In this document: positions 37,779 to 48,274 of the stretch, piece after piece | Layout: each line of letters starts with the position of its first letter | Position numbering within the stretch: position 1 is the first letter of the stretch | Origin: a virus | Taxonomy: Duplodnaviria; Heunggongvirae; Uroviricota; Caudoviricetes; Ackermannviridae | IMG/VR virus record: IMGVR_UViG_2974515140_000001 | Coordinates: 31,280 to 95,279 of that record | DNA length: 64,000 nt | Strand: one strand, 5' to 3' | Program-made: the position numbers and the translations under genes | Notes under the pieces: generated by a model | What the model was told of the DNA's origin: nothing | What the model saw: the letters and a program-made list of their open reading frames with translations, nothing else | Databases searched by the model: none

Positions 37779-40112
37779 ATGAGCAATGTAGACCTATTAT
37801 CAAAATTTGGTTCGCTGTTGAGAGAAGCGGACACTCCTGTTTCTGTTGAAGCACCATTTGAAATCCGTGGGGAAATTACCCACAAACTGACTTTCCATCG
37901 CGGTCGCGCTAAAAACTTCCGTTCCATCGGTAATGAATTCATGGAAATTGATTACCAACGCAACCCTGCAACCCTAGTCACATCTGATGACAATGGGGCG
38001 GGTAAATCTACAATGCTTGTTTGGCTGTTGTTCTTCGTTCTGTATAATGACACATATAGCAAGAAAGAAAAGAAAGCCGGATTAGTCAATTCCCAAAACA
38101 AAAAGGAATGCGTGGGTGAAGTTGAGTTCTCCACTCGAGGAAGTGAATGGAAAGTCCGTCGTGGTATCAAACCTGATTTCGTAGAAGTCTATCAGATGGT
38201 AGACGGTGAGTGGAAGCAGGTCGTGAATGATGCGGCCAAAGCCGACATGAACAAATATATTGTGAACCTGATTGGCGTAGACCAGAAGATGTTTGAGAAC
38301 TCCCTGGTTCTAGGCAAAGAGAAGTTCATCCCATTCACGGAAATGTACACTGCCGACCGTCGCGCTATGGTAGAGACAATCTGGGATTTGGGGTTCTTCA
38401 GTCTGATGAATGAAGATGTAAAAGCATCTATCAAGACAGTAACAAATGAACTCACGACGGTCACCAATGATTACGCCTTTCATGATGTAAATTTAAAAGG
38501 CCAGCAAGCGCAGTTGGAACAGATCAATAATTCCAATGCGATGATCCAGCAACAATCTGCTGATATCCTTGTCCAAGAGAAGGAACGTCTGAATAGTTTG
38601 AATTCAGATATCGGCGCAGTGCAGGAACAACTGACAGAGTCCCGTGCTCAAAACTCTAAATTGGAATCAGAATTATCAGAAGTCCGTAATCGCCTGAATG
38701 CCGAAATGAAAGGGGATATCGATGCCATCAATGAAGAGTATGCGGCCAAAATCCAAGCAGTTCAGGATGAAGCCGATACCAAGGCTGAAGATTATGAACG
38801 CATAGAAGTATCCGACGGCGAAAGGTCGTTACAAGAAATCCGCGAAAGAATGGCGGTGGTCGCAGAACGCAAAAACGAACTAGTCGGTCAGAGGAATGCT
38901 AATCTCGACGAACTGAACAAAGCGTTGGCGCGGCGTCAACAGGGAGAGAACTTCCGTTTCAAATTCGTCACAGAAATGGAAGGCCATGAATCTGCCATCA
39001 AACGTTTTCACGAAATGGGGACTTGTCCGACTTGCACACAATTAGTGTCTGACGACACCAAGTCTCGTATTGAAAGTCAATATTATCCGCAAATCAGTGA
39101 ATTGCAGGATAAGATTCTTCAAGTTGACACAGCCCTTGAAGAAGTGAACTCACTCATTGAAAATTACAATGTCAAAGATTCAGAATTATCTTCCCAAGTT
39201 TCTGTTGTTGACAAAGAATTGGAATCCATACGCAATGAAGCCCGTGAAGCAGAAACCGCCATCGCGGCATTAAAGCGCGATATCCAGGGGTTCTACGAAG
39301 TTGCGGCGGTTGAGAAAGCATCTTTACAGCGAGAACAACAATCTAAAGTTAATGATATCCTCAGAGCAGTAGATGTCCGTTATGAAGATATCACAACTTC
39401 TATTCGCCAAGCCCGTGAGCAGCTCTCTAAGAGCATCAATGACACTGCTGATAAACTCACGAGCATGAAATCGCGTCGTGCTCCTCTGGAGGCATCTATT
39501 GCCGATTTAGAGCGTAAATTGTCTATTAAGCCGACGCCTACCGATGCTCTCGAAGAAGAGATCACCCGCATCACGGAGTTAATGGATGGCTTGAACACAA
39601 GACGTGTCGAATTGGATGAAAAATTGCAAGATCTGAACCATCTGTTGTTCTTCTTGAAAGATGACCAGACCAAAGCGCGTATTATCAGTCTGTACTTGCC
39701 TTTCCTCAATAGTAAGATAAACGAGTATCTTGAAGCACTCAATATGTTCTTGGATATTGCGGTTGATGATACATTTGAAATCACTATGAGCGCTGCTGGT
39801 CGTAAAGGGCAAAGCATATTCTCCCTGTCTACAGGACAACGCAGCCGACTCAATCTGGCTGTGACATTAGCCCTACGGGACGTCGCTAACCTGAAGGCGT
39901 CTGTACAATGTAACCTCTTCGTGTTGGATGAGATACTCGAAAACATGAGTGAGCGAGGGGTTCAAGAATCCGTCGAGATGTTGAAACATAAATTTGGTGG
40001 GAACAATCTGTTTGTCATCAGTCAGCGTGAACAGGAGTTCCAAGAATATTTCCAACATAACATTCGTTATGGTCTGCGTAATGGCATGACCGAAGTGATT
40101 AAGAAGGATTGA
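37779..40112 (+). CDS. 46: recombination endonuclease subunit gp46 (Rad50/SbcC-like ATPase)
   Basis: Walker A NGAGKST, a long coiled coil, a CPTC zinc hook, and signature and D-loop at the C-terminus. Confidence 0.85.
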   Translation: MSNVDLLSKFGSLLREADTPVSVEAPFEIRGEITHKLTFHRGRAKNFRSIGNEFMEIDYQRNPATLVTSDDNGAGKSTMLVWLLFFVLYNDTYSKKEKKAGLVNSQNKKECVGEVEFSTRGSEWKVRRGIKPDFVEVYQMVDGEWKQVVNDAAKADMNKYIVNLIGVDQKMFENSLVLGKEKFIPFTEMYTADRRAMVETIWDLGFFSLMNEDVKASIKTVTNELTTVTNDYAFHDVNLKGQQAQLEQINNSNAMIQQQSADILVQEKERLNSLNSDIGAVQEQLTESRAQNSKLESELSEVRNRLNAEMKGDIDAINEEYAAKIQAVQDEADTKAEDYERIEVSDGERSLQEIRERMAVVAERKNELVGQRNANLDELNKALARRQQGENFRFKFVTEMEGHESAIKRFHEMGTCPTCTQLVSDDTKSRIESQYYPQISELQDKILQVDTALEEVNSLIENYNVKDSELSSQVSVVDKELESIRNEAREAETAIAALKRDIQGFYEVAAVEKASLQREQQSKVNDILRAVDVRYEDITTSIRQAREQLSKSINDTADKLTSMKSRRAPLEASIADLERKLSIKPTPTDALEEEITRITELMDGLNTRRVELDEKLQDLNHLLFFLKDDQTKARIISLYLPFLNSKINEYLEALNMFLDIAVDDTFEITMSAAGRKGQSIFSLSTGQRSRLNLAVTLALRDVANLKASVQCNLFVLDEILENMSERGVQESVEMLKHKFGGNNLFVISQREQEFQEYFQHNIRYGLRNGMTEVIKKD

Positions 40113-40114
40113 AC

Positions 40115-40288
40115 ATGAACTGGGATCATCTGTGGTTGGCTATCAGTGTCTTTATGTTCTTTGATGCGTTGTTGGGAACGTACGAGATGAGTAGGGAGTC
40201 CAGAGTCGGGGTGATGGTTTGTTGTTCCCTTATCGGCGTGGTATCCCTTTATTTCGCGATTGGGTTTGCCGCAGAGATCTTCAAATGA
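40115..40288 (+). CDS. small membrane protein
   Basis: 57 aa, two hydrophobic helices, overlapping both neighbours. Confidence 0.3.
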   Translation: MNWDHLWLAISVFMFFDALLGTYEMSRESRVGVMVCCSLIGVVSLYFAIGFAAEIFK

Positions 40289-40620
40289 AAGTCGTCCACT
40301 TCAAGAAGGAACCATACGATATCTACATTGGTCGTCCTGGCAAATGGGGGAACCCGTTCGAGGTTAAAGACCACGGGCGGGGAAACTGTATTGAGTTGTT
40401 TGAAGACGACTTGTATGTGCGCCTGATTGAAGGGGATATCACCGAAGATGAACTCCTTGAATTAGATGGAAAGACCTTGGGATGCTGGTGTAAGCCGCGC
40501 CCATGTCATGGAGATGTTTATGTCAAAGTGATCGGTCGTATTAAACTATTCCGCAAGTTGGGTAAATCTTTTACTGAATATTTGAGGCAAACATATGCGA
40601 AAAGTTCTTGTAAAACTTGA
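40285..40620 (+). CDS. DUF4326 domain protein
   Basis: MKVVHFKKEPYDIYIGRP..WGNPF....CWCKP..CHGDV is the DUF4326 signature. Confidence 0.6.
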   Translation: MKVVHFKKEPYDIYIGRPGKWGNPFEVKDHGRGNCIELFEDDLYVRLIEGDITEDELLELDGKTLGCWCKPRPCHGDVYVKVIGRIKLFRKLGKSFTEYLRQTYAKSSCKT

Positions 40621-40963
40621 TTGCCATCCATATTTCCCAGACATTTGGTTCACTAACAGTCGCATACTCTTTTTACAACAATTATCTAAAATAAGGGATG
40701 AAGGTATCATACATGATTTAGAAGATACTATCGGTATGGTTAGTTCCGATGAAAGTCGTGGAAAGATGGTGGTCGGAGTATTCATTTCAGATTCAGGTGT
40801 GTTGGTACATGAACTGAGCCATGCGGTAATAAACATATTTGAAGCCGTCAATATGGTAGCTAACACTCACACCACGGAAGCATTTGCCTACCTGTTAGAG
40901 AGTCTGTATAACCAATGTAATCACCATCTGAACTTATGGAGTTCTTTTGATGAGCCGAGATGA
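40595..40963 (+). CDS. hypothetical protein
   Basis: 122-aa ORF. Confidence 0.35.
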   Translation: MRKVLVKLDCHPYFPDIWFTNSRILFLQQLSKIRDEGIIHDLEDTIGMVSSDESRGKMVVGVFISDSGVLVHELSHAVINIFEAVNMVANTHTTEAFAYLLESLYNQCNHHLNLWSSFDEPR

Positions 40964-41228
40964 AATTCAGATTGCTTGTGATATCGCTGTCGAGTTATGG
41001 AATCAGCGAAACAAACATTATCAGGTGACGTTGACCCCAAAGCGTTATCTAGAGCAAGGTGGCTTAATAGTCGTTGATGCCGTGTTAGGTTTCAACAAAT
41101 ATACTGACATGCAAATCTTGGACGGGAATTTCACTATTGCTTCCAATACAGCTTGGGATGATCCTATGGAATTTGTCTACGGTTGGTTGGAATGCATCGA
41201 GGAATCATACCATCTGATCTACGAATAA
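40947..41228 (+). CDS. hypothetical protein
   Basis: 93-aa ORF followed by a terminator. Confidence 0.4.
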   Translation: MMSRDEIQIACDIAVELWNQRNKHYQVTLTPKRYLEQGGLIVVDAVLGFNKYTDMQILDGNFTIASNTAWDDPMEFVYGWLECIEESYHLIYE

Positions 41229-41233
41229 GGTGA

Positions 41234-41266
41234 AGGGCACTAAATATCACGTGCCCTTTATCTTTT
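41234..41266 (+). terminator. rho-independent terminator
   Basis: aagggcactaaatatcacgtgccctt followed by tatctttt. Confidence 0.55.
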
Positions 41267-41324
41267 AACCCTGTCAGGAGGCTCCAGCGAGCTGCAAGTC
41301 GACAAACACATAAGGAACGCCATC

Positions 41325-41942
41325 ATGACGATGACAACGTTGAAGGCCATGGCCTTGTCCGTGACCTTTACCATTGCCAGCGGGAGTGTGCACGCTTCCC
41401 AAAGTACCACCCAATGTGATTATGAGTTTTCTGATCAACAACTTTCAACCATGGCCACAGCCTATCACGTGGGCAAACAACAAGACCTTGGTTTCACCCT
41501 CGCAGCAATATCATGGAGGGAAAGCCGCGCCGGAGAAGATGTTGTATCCATGCGGAATAACCTCAAATCGGCTAATATGGGGGCATTTCAAAATCGCGTC
41601 CAAACCGTCGGGAAACGGGAGGGATGCAAAACACAGAAGTGTTACGCCAATGTCGCGATCAAATTACTGGTCAATCAAGAATATGCTGCCAATGCTGCCC
41701 TTGATGAAATGAATTTCTGGCTAGAATATCATAACCAAAACATCCGCAAATCCCTTTCCTCTTACAATGCTGGGTTCAATCGTAACCAGAAATCCAATTC
41801 TTATGCAGTCGACGTCGTGAAGAAGGCTAAATATCTTCAACGATGTGTGTCTTTCAAAGGCATGGCAATAAACCCAAAGGTCGACCCAGGAGTGATCGCC
41901 ATGAATAAGCGCACGATTGAGAAACTCAAGAGGACCAGATAA
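41325..41942 (+). CDS. exported soluble lytic transglycosylase (SLT domain)
   Basis: Signal peptide, then AISWRESRAGEDVVSMRNNLKSANMGAFQ, which is the E-S...G.MQ SLT motif. Confidence 0.5.
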   Translation: MTMTTLKAMALSVTFTIASGSVHASQSTTQCDYEFSDQQLSTMATAYHVGKQQDLGFTLAAISWRESRAGEDVVSMRNNLKSANMGAFQNRVQTVGKREGCKTQKCYANVAIKLLVNQEYAANAALDEMNFWLEYHNQNIRKSLSSYNAGFNRNQKSNSYAVDVVKKAKYLQRCVSFKGMAINPKVDPGVIAMNKRTIEKLKRTR

Positions 41943-42580
41943 TGAATATCACTCCATCTCAGACCGGATATGAACACATAATGGTGTTTCTGGCTATTCA
42001 GGGCGCGAAGGAAGGGATCATTACTTCAGAATATTCCGGTACAATGCGCCTTGCGGATTATGTCGCGCCGGAAGCATTCATCAAGAAATGCATTGACGCT
42101 TGGTGCCTTTATGCACTCGGCACGTATCCATCCCCTCCTGCTGGTGAGTTATTGTTTACCATACCGACTCTGGCAACTGGTGACACAGACGCGATATTCG
42201 CCGATATGCTGGCAAAGGGTTATCTGACATATGACAGTGCTCACGGCGTGTATGATTTTTCTGCGCTGAATCGTATCTTCGGATTCACCATAACTTCTGA
42301 AGCCAATATTCCTGATTATGGAATACTAGCATGGGGCGTCGACGGTTTGGGGGCAACATATGCATCTTCGGATGTCGGTCCTGTGTTGATAGACCCAGGG
42401 GTGACAATGGAGCAATACATGTCACAATTCCCTCAACATAATGTAACCGGAAGCGACATCATTATTGTCTATCCTGGTTCTAATGCGCTACCCCGTTTGG
42501 TCACGGGTTGGCAGCCACAATTGAAGGACATTGTCTCTGGGATCAGGTTCCATATTCCCGTTGTCAATCCAACACCTTAA
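41942..42580 (+). CDS. hypothetical protein
   Basis: 212 aa, ATGA-coupled to the previous gene. Confidence 0.45.
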   Translation: MNITPSQTGYEHIMVFLAIQGAKEGIITSEYSGTMRLADYVAPEAFIKKCIDAWCLYALGTYPSPPAGELLFTIPTLATGDTDAIFADMLAKGYLTYDSAHGVYDFSALNRIFGFTITSEANIPDYGILAWGVDGLGATYASSDVGPVLIDPGVTMEQYMSQFPQHNVTGSDIIIVYPGSNALPRLVTGWQPQLKDIVSGIRFHIPVVNPTP

Positions 42581-42592
42581 ATTATTCAATAA

Positions 42593-42610
42593 AAGGGGCA
42601 AAAGCCCCTT
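42593..42610 (+). terminator. rho-independent terminator
   Basis: aaggggcaaaagcccctt. It overlaps the -35 of the following promoter. Confidence 0.55.
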
Positions 42611-42636
42611 TACTTCTTCAATAACCCACGTATAAT
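42609..42636 (+). promoter_or_regulatory. T4-type early promoter (TTTACT-16-TATAAT)
   Basis: Copy of the 7001 promoter. The downstream leader is about 85% identical through the start codon. Confidence 0.55.
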
Positions 42637-42684
42637 TCTAAACATAAGCAGTACGACACCAACTTGAAACGAAGGAACTATATC

Positions 42685-43056
42685 ATGAACGCGATCAAAA
42701 CAGATTTCACCAAACCAGAAATGTCTATCCTTGAATCCCTTGGCTTCGGCGTTGTAACCCTCGAAGGTCAGATTGTTGACCGTGGTTTAGCAGACAACGT
42801 TGAAATGGGCATCACGACAAACGGCGATCGCGACGCTACGATGAAAGCAGTCCACGCAAAATTCTTGGCTGAAGGTTGGAATTTCAAGAATTCCCCTGTC
42901 AACGGCAAACCTGTCAACCACATGCACCACACAATCTTCCTGAAAGACGGATTCCAGATCGGTTTCTATTCCATGGACGCTATCGTCAAGTCCGGCAAAA
43001 ATCTGGTCGAGTCCAAAAATCATTACCTGTCCGTAAGCAAATCCACATGGGCGTGA
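42685..43056 (+). CDS. hypothetical early protein
   Basis: 123 aa behind the early promoter cassette. Confidence 0.5.
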   Translation: MNAIKTDFTKPEMSILESLGFGVVTLEGQIVDRGLADNVEMGITTNGDRDATMKAVHAKFLAEGWNFKNSPVNGKPVNHMHHTIFLKDGFQIGFYSMDAIVKSGKNLVESKNHYLSVSKSTWA

Positions 43057-43135
43057 CCCACCAGGGGGCTTCGGCTCCCTTTTGGTTTCGCTAATTAAGG
43101 GAAACCGCACCGATTTTATAATCAGGAGAATTATA

Positions 43136-45523
43136 ATGGCCATCCCATCTTTCTTGAACTTTCTTGAAGAGTCTAAACAATTAGACGAAGCGTTTAACTC
43201 ATCCCCGTATGAATTGACATTCGGCAAGAAGAACGCTGGCGACATTTTCTTCACATTTGTTGATGAAGACGAAAAAGAATTCCGTATTCAATTCTATACC
43301 CCACAAGGTCTAGGCAAGAATGTTCGCCAAGTCTTTATCGGTCAGAAGCGTGGTTCCACATATCCCGATGCCATCGGTCGTTTCAAGAATCCGATGCGCG
43401 TTATCGCATCCATGATTGAAGCAACAAAGCAATTCATGGCGACGCCTTTGGGGAAAACCATTGACGGCTTTGCAATTAACTTCTCCAAGAAAGCATTGGA
43501 ACGTGGTGTTACCCTCCTGCCGAAGATTATCCGTCAGTCCGGCCTGAAGCAAAAGCTCAATGTCATGGACCTGACGTATACCCCTATCCCTGATCGTGCA
43601 TTCGTATGGGTTGTGCGTAAAGGCAAGGATCCTGCTCAGGTATTCGATGGTCCGAAAATGAAAGGTGTCACATGGGATGATCCGGACAAAGTCGGTGACG
43701 TTCCTGACCAGGCTGCTCGTGACGCCGCACTACAAGGTGACATGGATGATTTGAGCCAAGCCATAAATGCCGATTCTCGCTGGATTCTGACCAAAGCTGA
43801 TCATACTCAGCCTATGCTGGTCTGGTCTGGTAAAGAACGTGGGCGGACTATTACCGCCAATATCGCACCTCACGCGAATGAACCTGGTGTGTATGCTGGT
43901 AGTATCATGAACGAGAAACGGATCCGCGCTCAATCCCCAGACGCTATTGTACGCCAACTGGGATTACCGCAGATCCCTGTGAATATTCTGAATGATTTCA
44001 CCAAGCAGTCGTCCATCTTCTGGAAAGAGATGACGGGAGATTCTGGAAAAATAGACATGCAGACTTTGCCAAAAACAGGATCTGTGGATGACTTACGAAA
44101 TCAGGGTTATATTGCTCGCCTTCTGGGGATTGTAGACACATATGCTCCACAACAGGTCGGTATGTATGCAGGTGAGAAACTAACACGAATCGGCGCGGGC
44201 AAATATCGTACTTCGGGTGGTCTGGACATTCAGGTTTATTTCTGGGGAATTGTCAAAGGAAAACTTTCTGTAGAAGTGGTTTCTGATTTATCTGGCAATG
44301 AACAGCTGATGCTGGAAGGCGACGTGAAAAACGCTGCTTTTGAAATCGTCAGTGCGATATCCCGTGCTGCTGATTCTCAGTTCAACGGTGAAGTGGAATG
44401 TCGTGTTGTTCCGATCAACGGTGCCCCATACCCGATTCAAAAGGTTTCCCGTTCTCAGGGTTATTCTTATGTCGATTGTATTTCGTTTACTTTGAAGATC
44501 GCCGATGCATTGTTAAATCGATTTACTCTGGGTAAGGCAGTCAAACTCGATCTGATAAAAGAGTTCCCTCGAACGACGTTTATTGTTCGTTATGACTGGC
44601 GCAGCAAAGATACTCTGATGGTCCAGTCTTCTGATGGGAAGACTATCTTCGGCGAAATCAACACAAATTCCAGTGATAACGCTGTCATCACTGCGAACCT
44701 GAAAGCCCCAAGCAATGCGAAGATATTTGGTGAAACCGTTCATGGGTTCTCTGTGGCTTGGGACTTCCAGTTCCCTGCGGGTAGCCAGCTGCAAGCCGCA
44801 CGGTTCGTTACGAACGTGACTTACGACTTCGATCGTAATAAGGCCAACATCACGACCATGCTGACAGAAAATGGCCGAAATGTAGTCAATAGCAGCGGAT
44901 ATGACATTCAGTTATCTGTCAAGTCTGTGCAAGATGCATTGAATGAGACTTCACAACGCCTGAAAGACGCTGCGGCTCAATTGAGCCATCTCAGTTCATC
45001 AAACTATAACCCGAACAAGCTGTTCCTGAATGATATCACCGTCAGTAAGTTTGGTGCAATTATGTTCCAAGACAAAGATCTGGCACAGTCCAAAAACCGC
45101 ACGGCAGTCATTGATGCTTTGGCTCGGGCGAAAGATCAGGTCGCTGGTGGTAAGAATGCAGGCGATCTGGCCACCTATGCCGGATCCATTCGTGATAGCG
45201 CTCCTAATGGACGAGATCTGGATTGGCAGGTATACACAGCCAGTAATGGTACAGTTCTGAATGTTGCCTGGGATATCACTTTCCGTCGCAATACGACCGA
45301 AGGAGCATATCGTGAATTCAAGGATCAGATCAACCGTGCCAACCAATACCTGCAAACGGTATACAACGACGCGAAATCTAAAGGCTATAATCCTACCGAG
45401 CCAAATCTCATGACTCTTGAACGCGCTCGCCAATCCGACGAATGGGCTATGAGTAATGGTGATAGTGCATACAGTGAATATGAACAATCGCTGGGTGGTA
45501 ATCTCCAGATCCGTCTGAAATAA
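43136..45523 (+). CDS. large hypothetical protein (795 aa), possibly virion-packaged
   Basis: The N-terminus MAIPSFLNFLEE resembles T4 capsid-targeting sequences. No enzymatic motif recognised. Confidence 0.45.
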   Translation: MAIPSFLNFLEESKQLDEAFNSSPYELTFGKKNAGDIFFTFVDEDEKEFRIQFYTPQGLGKNVRQVFIGQKRGSTYPDAIGRFKNPMRVIASMIEATKQFMATPLGKTIDGFAINFSKKALERGVTLLPKIIRQSGLKQKLNVMDLTYTPIPDRAFVWVVRKGKDPAQVFDGPKMKGVTWDDPDKVGDVPDQAARDAALQGDMDDLSQAINADSRWILTKADHTQPMLVWSGKERGRTITANIAPHANEPGVYAGSIMNEKRIRAQSPDAIVRQLGLPQIPVNILNDFTKQSSIFWKEMTGDSGKIDMQTLPKTGSVDDLRNQGYIARLLGIVDTYAPQQVGMYAGEKLTRIGAGKYRTSGGLDIQVYFWGIVKGKLSVEVVSDLSGNEQLMLEGDVKNAAFEIVSAISRAADSQFNGEVECRVVPINGAPYPIQKVSRSQGYSYVDCISFTLKIADALLNRFTLGKAVKLDLIKEFPRTTFIVRYDWRSKDTLMVQSSDGKTIFGEINTNSSDNAVITANLKAPSNAKIFGETVHGFSVAWDFQFPAGSQLQAARFVTNVTYDFDRNKANITTMLTENGRNVVNSSGYDIQLSVKSVQDALNETSQRLKDAAAQLSHLSSSNYNPNKLFLNDITVSKFGAIMFQDKDLAQSKNRTAVIDALARAKDQVAGGKNAGDLATYAGSIRDSAPNGRDLDWQVYTASNGTVLNVAWDITFRRNTTEGAYREFKDQINRANQYLQTVYNDAKSKGYNPTEPNLMTLERARQSDEWAMSNGDSAYSEYEQSLGGNLQIRLK

Positions 45524-45542
45524 ACCATAGCCTCTTCGGGGG

Positions 45543-45550
45543 CTAAATAC
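45543..45550 (+). promoter_or_regulatory. late-promoter variant CTAAATAC
   Basis: 24 nt upstream of ATG 45575. The same octamer sits 26 nt upstream of gene 22 (2401-2408). Confidence 0.35.
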
Positions 45551-45574
45551 ATCAAAATCCTTAGGAGATCCACG

Positions 45575-46120
45575 ATGAAACCGTTTATCGAATATTTTAA
45601 AGAACAAGCTCAACAACCGCAAACTCATGGCGGCATACAAGGCAAAAGTGTAACCATCACCAAACAGGCCGACGGAACCCAATGGTGTACTGGTGCCACC
45701 GTGACCCAGATCACTCCAGATAATCAGGCCGACATCTATAATCTGGAATTGACTAATGGCAACACCATCAAAGTGAAGCTAACTCCAGACCAGACCCACG
45801 GCATTACCCAAGGCCAAGAAGTCGTTGCCGTCCATGATGGTTTTGAATTTTTCTTCGGCAAGTCATCTGACAAAGGTCAGGTTACTGAAGCGGAAGGCTG
45901 GCGTTTCGTCGGTGACCGTGGCGCTCATATTCTGATGTATGACGCAAAAGTTGGCGGTGCCTCCACTATCCTTCGCAGTCCAACAGATCGAACCAAATTT
46001 GTTGGTGGTCTCATCAACGGTAGAAAAATTTTGGGTAATTCCCCAGAAGAACTGGCGGCAAAATTAGGTCTTCCAAAAATTCCTGATAATTTATTAAAAT
46101 CGTTTTTTGGTAAAAAGTGA
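45575..46120 (+). CDS. internal-head-protein-like protein with CTS-like N-terminus
   Basis: MKPFIEYFKE against the T4 IP leader MKTYQEFIAE. A late-type promoter lies upstream. Confidence 0.35.
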   Translation: MKPFIEYFKEQAQQPQTHGGIQGKSVTITKQADGTQWCTGATVTQITPDNQADIYNLELTNGNTIKVKLTPDQTHGITQGQEVVAVHDGFEFFFGKSSDKGQVTEAEGWRFVGDRGAHILMYDAKVGGASTILRSPTDRTKFVGGLINGRKILGNSPEELAAKLGLPKIPDNLLKSFFGKK

Positions 46121-46132
46121 TTATAAAATACA

Positions 46133-46163
46133 ATCCCCCTAAATACAGGGGGATTTTCTTTTT
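46133..46163 (+). terminator. rho-independent terminator
   Basis: atccccctaaatacagggggat followed by tttcttttt. Confidence 0.6.
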
Positions 46164-46176
46164 AGGGGTAAATATC

Positions 46177-46530
46177 ATGGTCAATGCGAGTATATTCATC
46201 AACCGTGGACTGCTTGCTATAGCCCACTCTCATGCCCTCCACTTCGTTACAACGTCCTATGCCAAGCACAAGGCACTCGGGGAGTTCTACGGGGAACTGG
46301 AGGACTTGCTGGACACCTTTACGGAAGCGTATATTGGTGCGGGTGGTATATACATTCCAGGATTCGAAAACATCAAATTATACAATCCTGAACCGATATC
46401 GTATATCAACAGCGTGGTCATCGACGTTAATGGGATCTACAATCAGTGTGATAGCCATTTACAAAACACGCTTGACGAAATCAAGACTCTGTGCTATCAA
46501 ACGATTTACAAACTGAAGCAATTGTCCTAA
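46177..46530 (+). CDS. hypothetical protein
   Basis: In-frame ATG in ORF 46117..46530. Confidence 0.35.
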   Translation: MVNASIFINRGLLAIAHSHALHFVTTSYAKHKALGEFYGELEDLLDTFTEAYIGAGGIYIPGFENIKLYNPEPISYINSVVIDVNGIYNQCDSHLQNTLDEIKTLCYQTIYKLKQLS

Positions 46531-46592
46531 CTCAATAGGATCATCGTCAGGTTATAATTTTGCCCATTCGTCATCAATAGGATACAGATAAC

Positions 46593-47210
46593 ATGGGCAA
46601 AATCTTTATACCTTCTCACTCAGAAGGTTGTCAAATCGCTGCAAAATTTCTACACAAACAAATGAATTGTGGTGCTGTGTTCGTAGAACCAAATTCATTC
46701 GATAATCGTGAATCCCCTGACGCCATCGGGTTCAGACCTGGGGGTTGTTCTATATTAATGGAAGTTAAAGTCTCCCGCGCCGACTTCCTGACAGACAAAA
46801 AGAAACCTCATCGCATGAATCCTTCCATAGGCATGGGAGCATATCGTTTCTATGTTTGCCCAGCAGATGTTATTAAAATTGAAGACCTCCCTCCCAAGTG
46901 GGGTTTGTTGTACTTCACCCCTAGAAAATCTTTGAAGCCCGTTCACGTTCCGAATATGCAATATTCCTCTTTGTCTTCACCGGAACATTATGCATCATAT
47001 TTGTCTAAATCTTTGGGCAAAAGAAGACCTACAGATATCCCTCCTTATCTATTAGGGTACAAACAGATGCTGGAAGAATTCGCCCACTTTGAACGCAATC
47101 ATGTTGCGGAACAAAATATTCTGTATGGGGCTTGGCGACAGCTTTGCATAGCTCAAAGTCGCGGGGTGGATTATAATGTGACAGAAGTGTTCCAGAGGCC
47201 AAATATCTAA
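46593..47210 (+). CDS. PD-(D/E)xK-fold nuclease-like protein
   Basis: PDAIGF...ILMEVKVSRADF gives a D...E-x-K arrangement. Confidence 0.3.
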   Translation: MGKIFIPSHSEGCQIAAKFLHKQMNCGAVFVEPNSFDNRESPDAIGFRPGGCSILMEVKVSRADFLTDKKKPHRMNPSIGMGAYRFYVCPADVIKIEDLPPKWGLLYFTPRKSLKPVHVPNMQYSSLSSPEHYASYLSKSLGKRRPTDIPPYLLGYKQMLEEFAHFERNHVAEQNILYGAWRQLCIAQSRGVDYNVTEVFQRPNI

Positions 47211-48274
47211 TGAAATTCTTGGACGAACAATACATCAATTTTCTCGCCCCCCGACTTGATAAATTCAGTTGGGAACGTGTTGGCGCTGTCGCCAAATTTC
47301 GTTGCCCATTATGTGGGGATTCTAAGAAGAGTGCCAACAAGCGTCGTGGTCACTTCTTTTATGATCGTGATGACGATGTGTTTCGTTTCAAGTGCCACAA
47401 CTGTAATGAAATGAGCGGTTGGGCGTTTGAATTCTGGTTGAAGAAGTTTGACGAGCGTCTGTATAATGAATACAACCTTGAAAAATTCAGGATCATGGGG
47501 GATACCAGTTCCCGCCCGTTACAAAAACTCAAACCACTACAGCGCCTGACCCAGACAGCGCGTATCGGTTCTCAGGTCGCCAAACGGGATGAAGAGCACC
47601 TTGGGAATATGATACGCCTTGATCTTCTTGACCGTGATCATATCGCCCGTCGTTACGTTGAAGGCAGGGGAATGCCGGAGAGCACGTTATCTTTGTTATA
47701 TTACAGCAGAAATTTTCGTCAAGATCTTCTGAGTTTCGAAACGGATGTTGAGAAGCAGAAGAAGATACCCGAAGATGAGCGGCTGGTAATCCCATTCTGG
47801 ACCCAAGACGGGCGCATGAAGATAGTTCAGGGGCGCGCATTCGGCGATAACCTTCCTGATGGGGTATTACGGTATGCCACTGTCAAGCCTAAGAACGAAG
47901 ACACTAAAATCTACGGGGAAGAGCGCATCATTTGGAACAAAACAAAGTTGGTAGTAGAAGGTCCAATTGATAGCTTGTTTCTACCTAATTGTCTTGCGAC
48001 TGCCGATGCCGACTTATTAAGTGCTAAGGGAGACATCTATATCCCCGATAACCAATACAGGAACAAACAAGTTTGTGACGGTATACAGAAGATGATAGAC
48101 AGCGGAGTCAAAGTCGTTCTGTTTCCACCGGAAATACCGTGGAAGGATATCAATGATATGGTTCGCCCCGACAAGGGAAATATCCCGATACGTGATCTGC
48201 TTCAGATCATAGCCAAGAACGTATATCAGGGACTGTCGGCGTCCTTACGATTTTCTGACTTGAGGAAGATATGA
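47210..48274 (+). CDS. 61: DNA primase gp61
   Basis: N-terminal zinc ribbon CPLCGDS...CHNC and Toprim EGPIDSLFL. Confidence 0.8.
   Translation: MKFLDEQYINFLAPRLDKFSWERVGAVAKFRCPLCGDSKKSANKRRGHFFYDRDDDVFRFKCHNCNEMSGWAFEFWLKKFDERLYNEYNLEKFRIMGDTSSRPLQKLKPLQRLTQTARIGSQVAKRDEEHLGNMIRLDLLDRDHIARRYVEGRGMPESTLSLLYYSRNFRQDLLSFETDVEKQKKIPEDERLVIPFWTQDGRMKIVQGRAFGDNLPDGVLRYATVKPKNEDTKIYGEERIIWNKTKLVVEGPIDSLFLPNCLATADADLLSAKGDIYIPDNQYRNKQVCDGIQKMIDSGVKVVLFPPEIPWKDINDMVRPDKGNIPIRDLLQIIAKNVYQGLSASLRFSDLRKI

Noticed and set aside
45529-45544. Short hairpin agcctcttcgggggct after gene 43136
   Set aside because: The stem is only 4-5 bp and lacks a U-tract, so it is too weak to call a terminator. The sequence overlaps the CTAAATAC late box.
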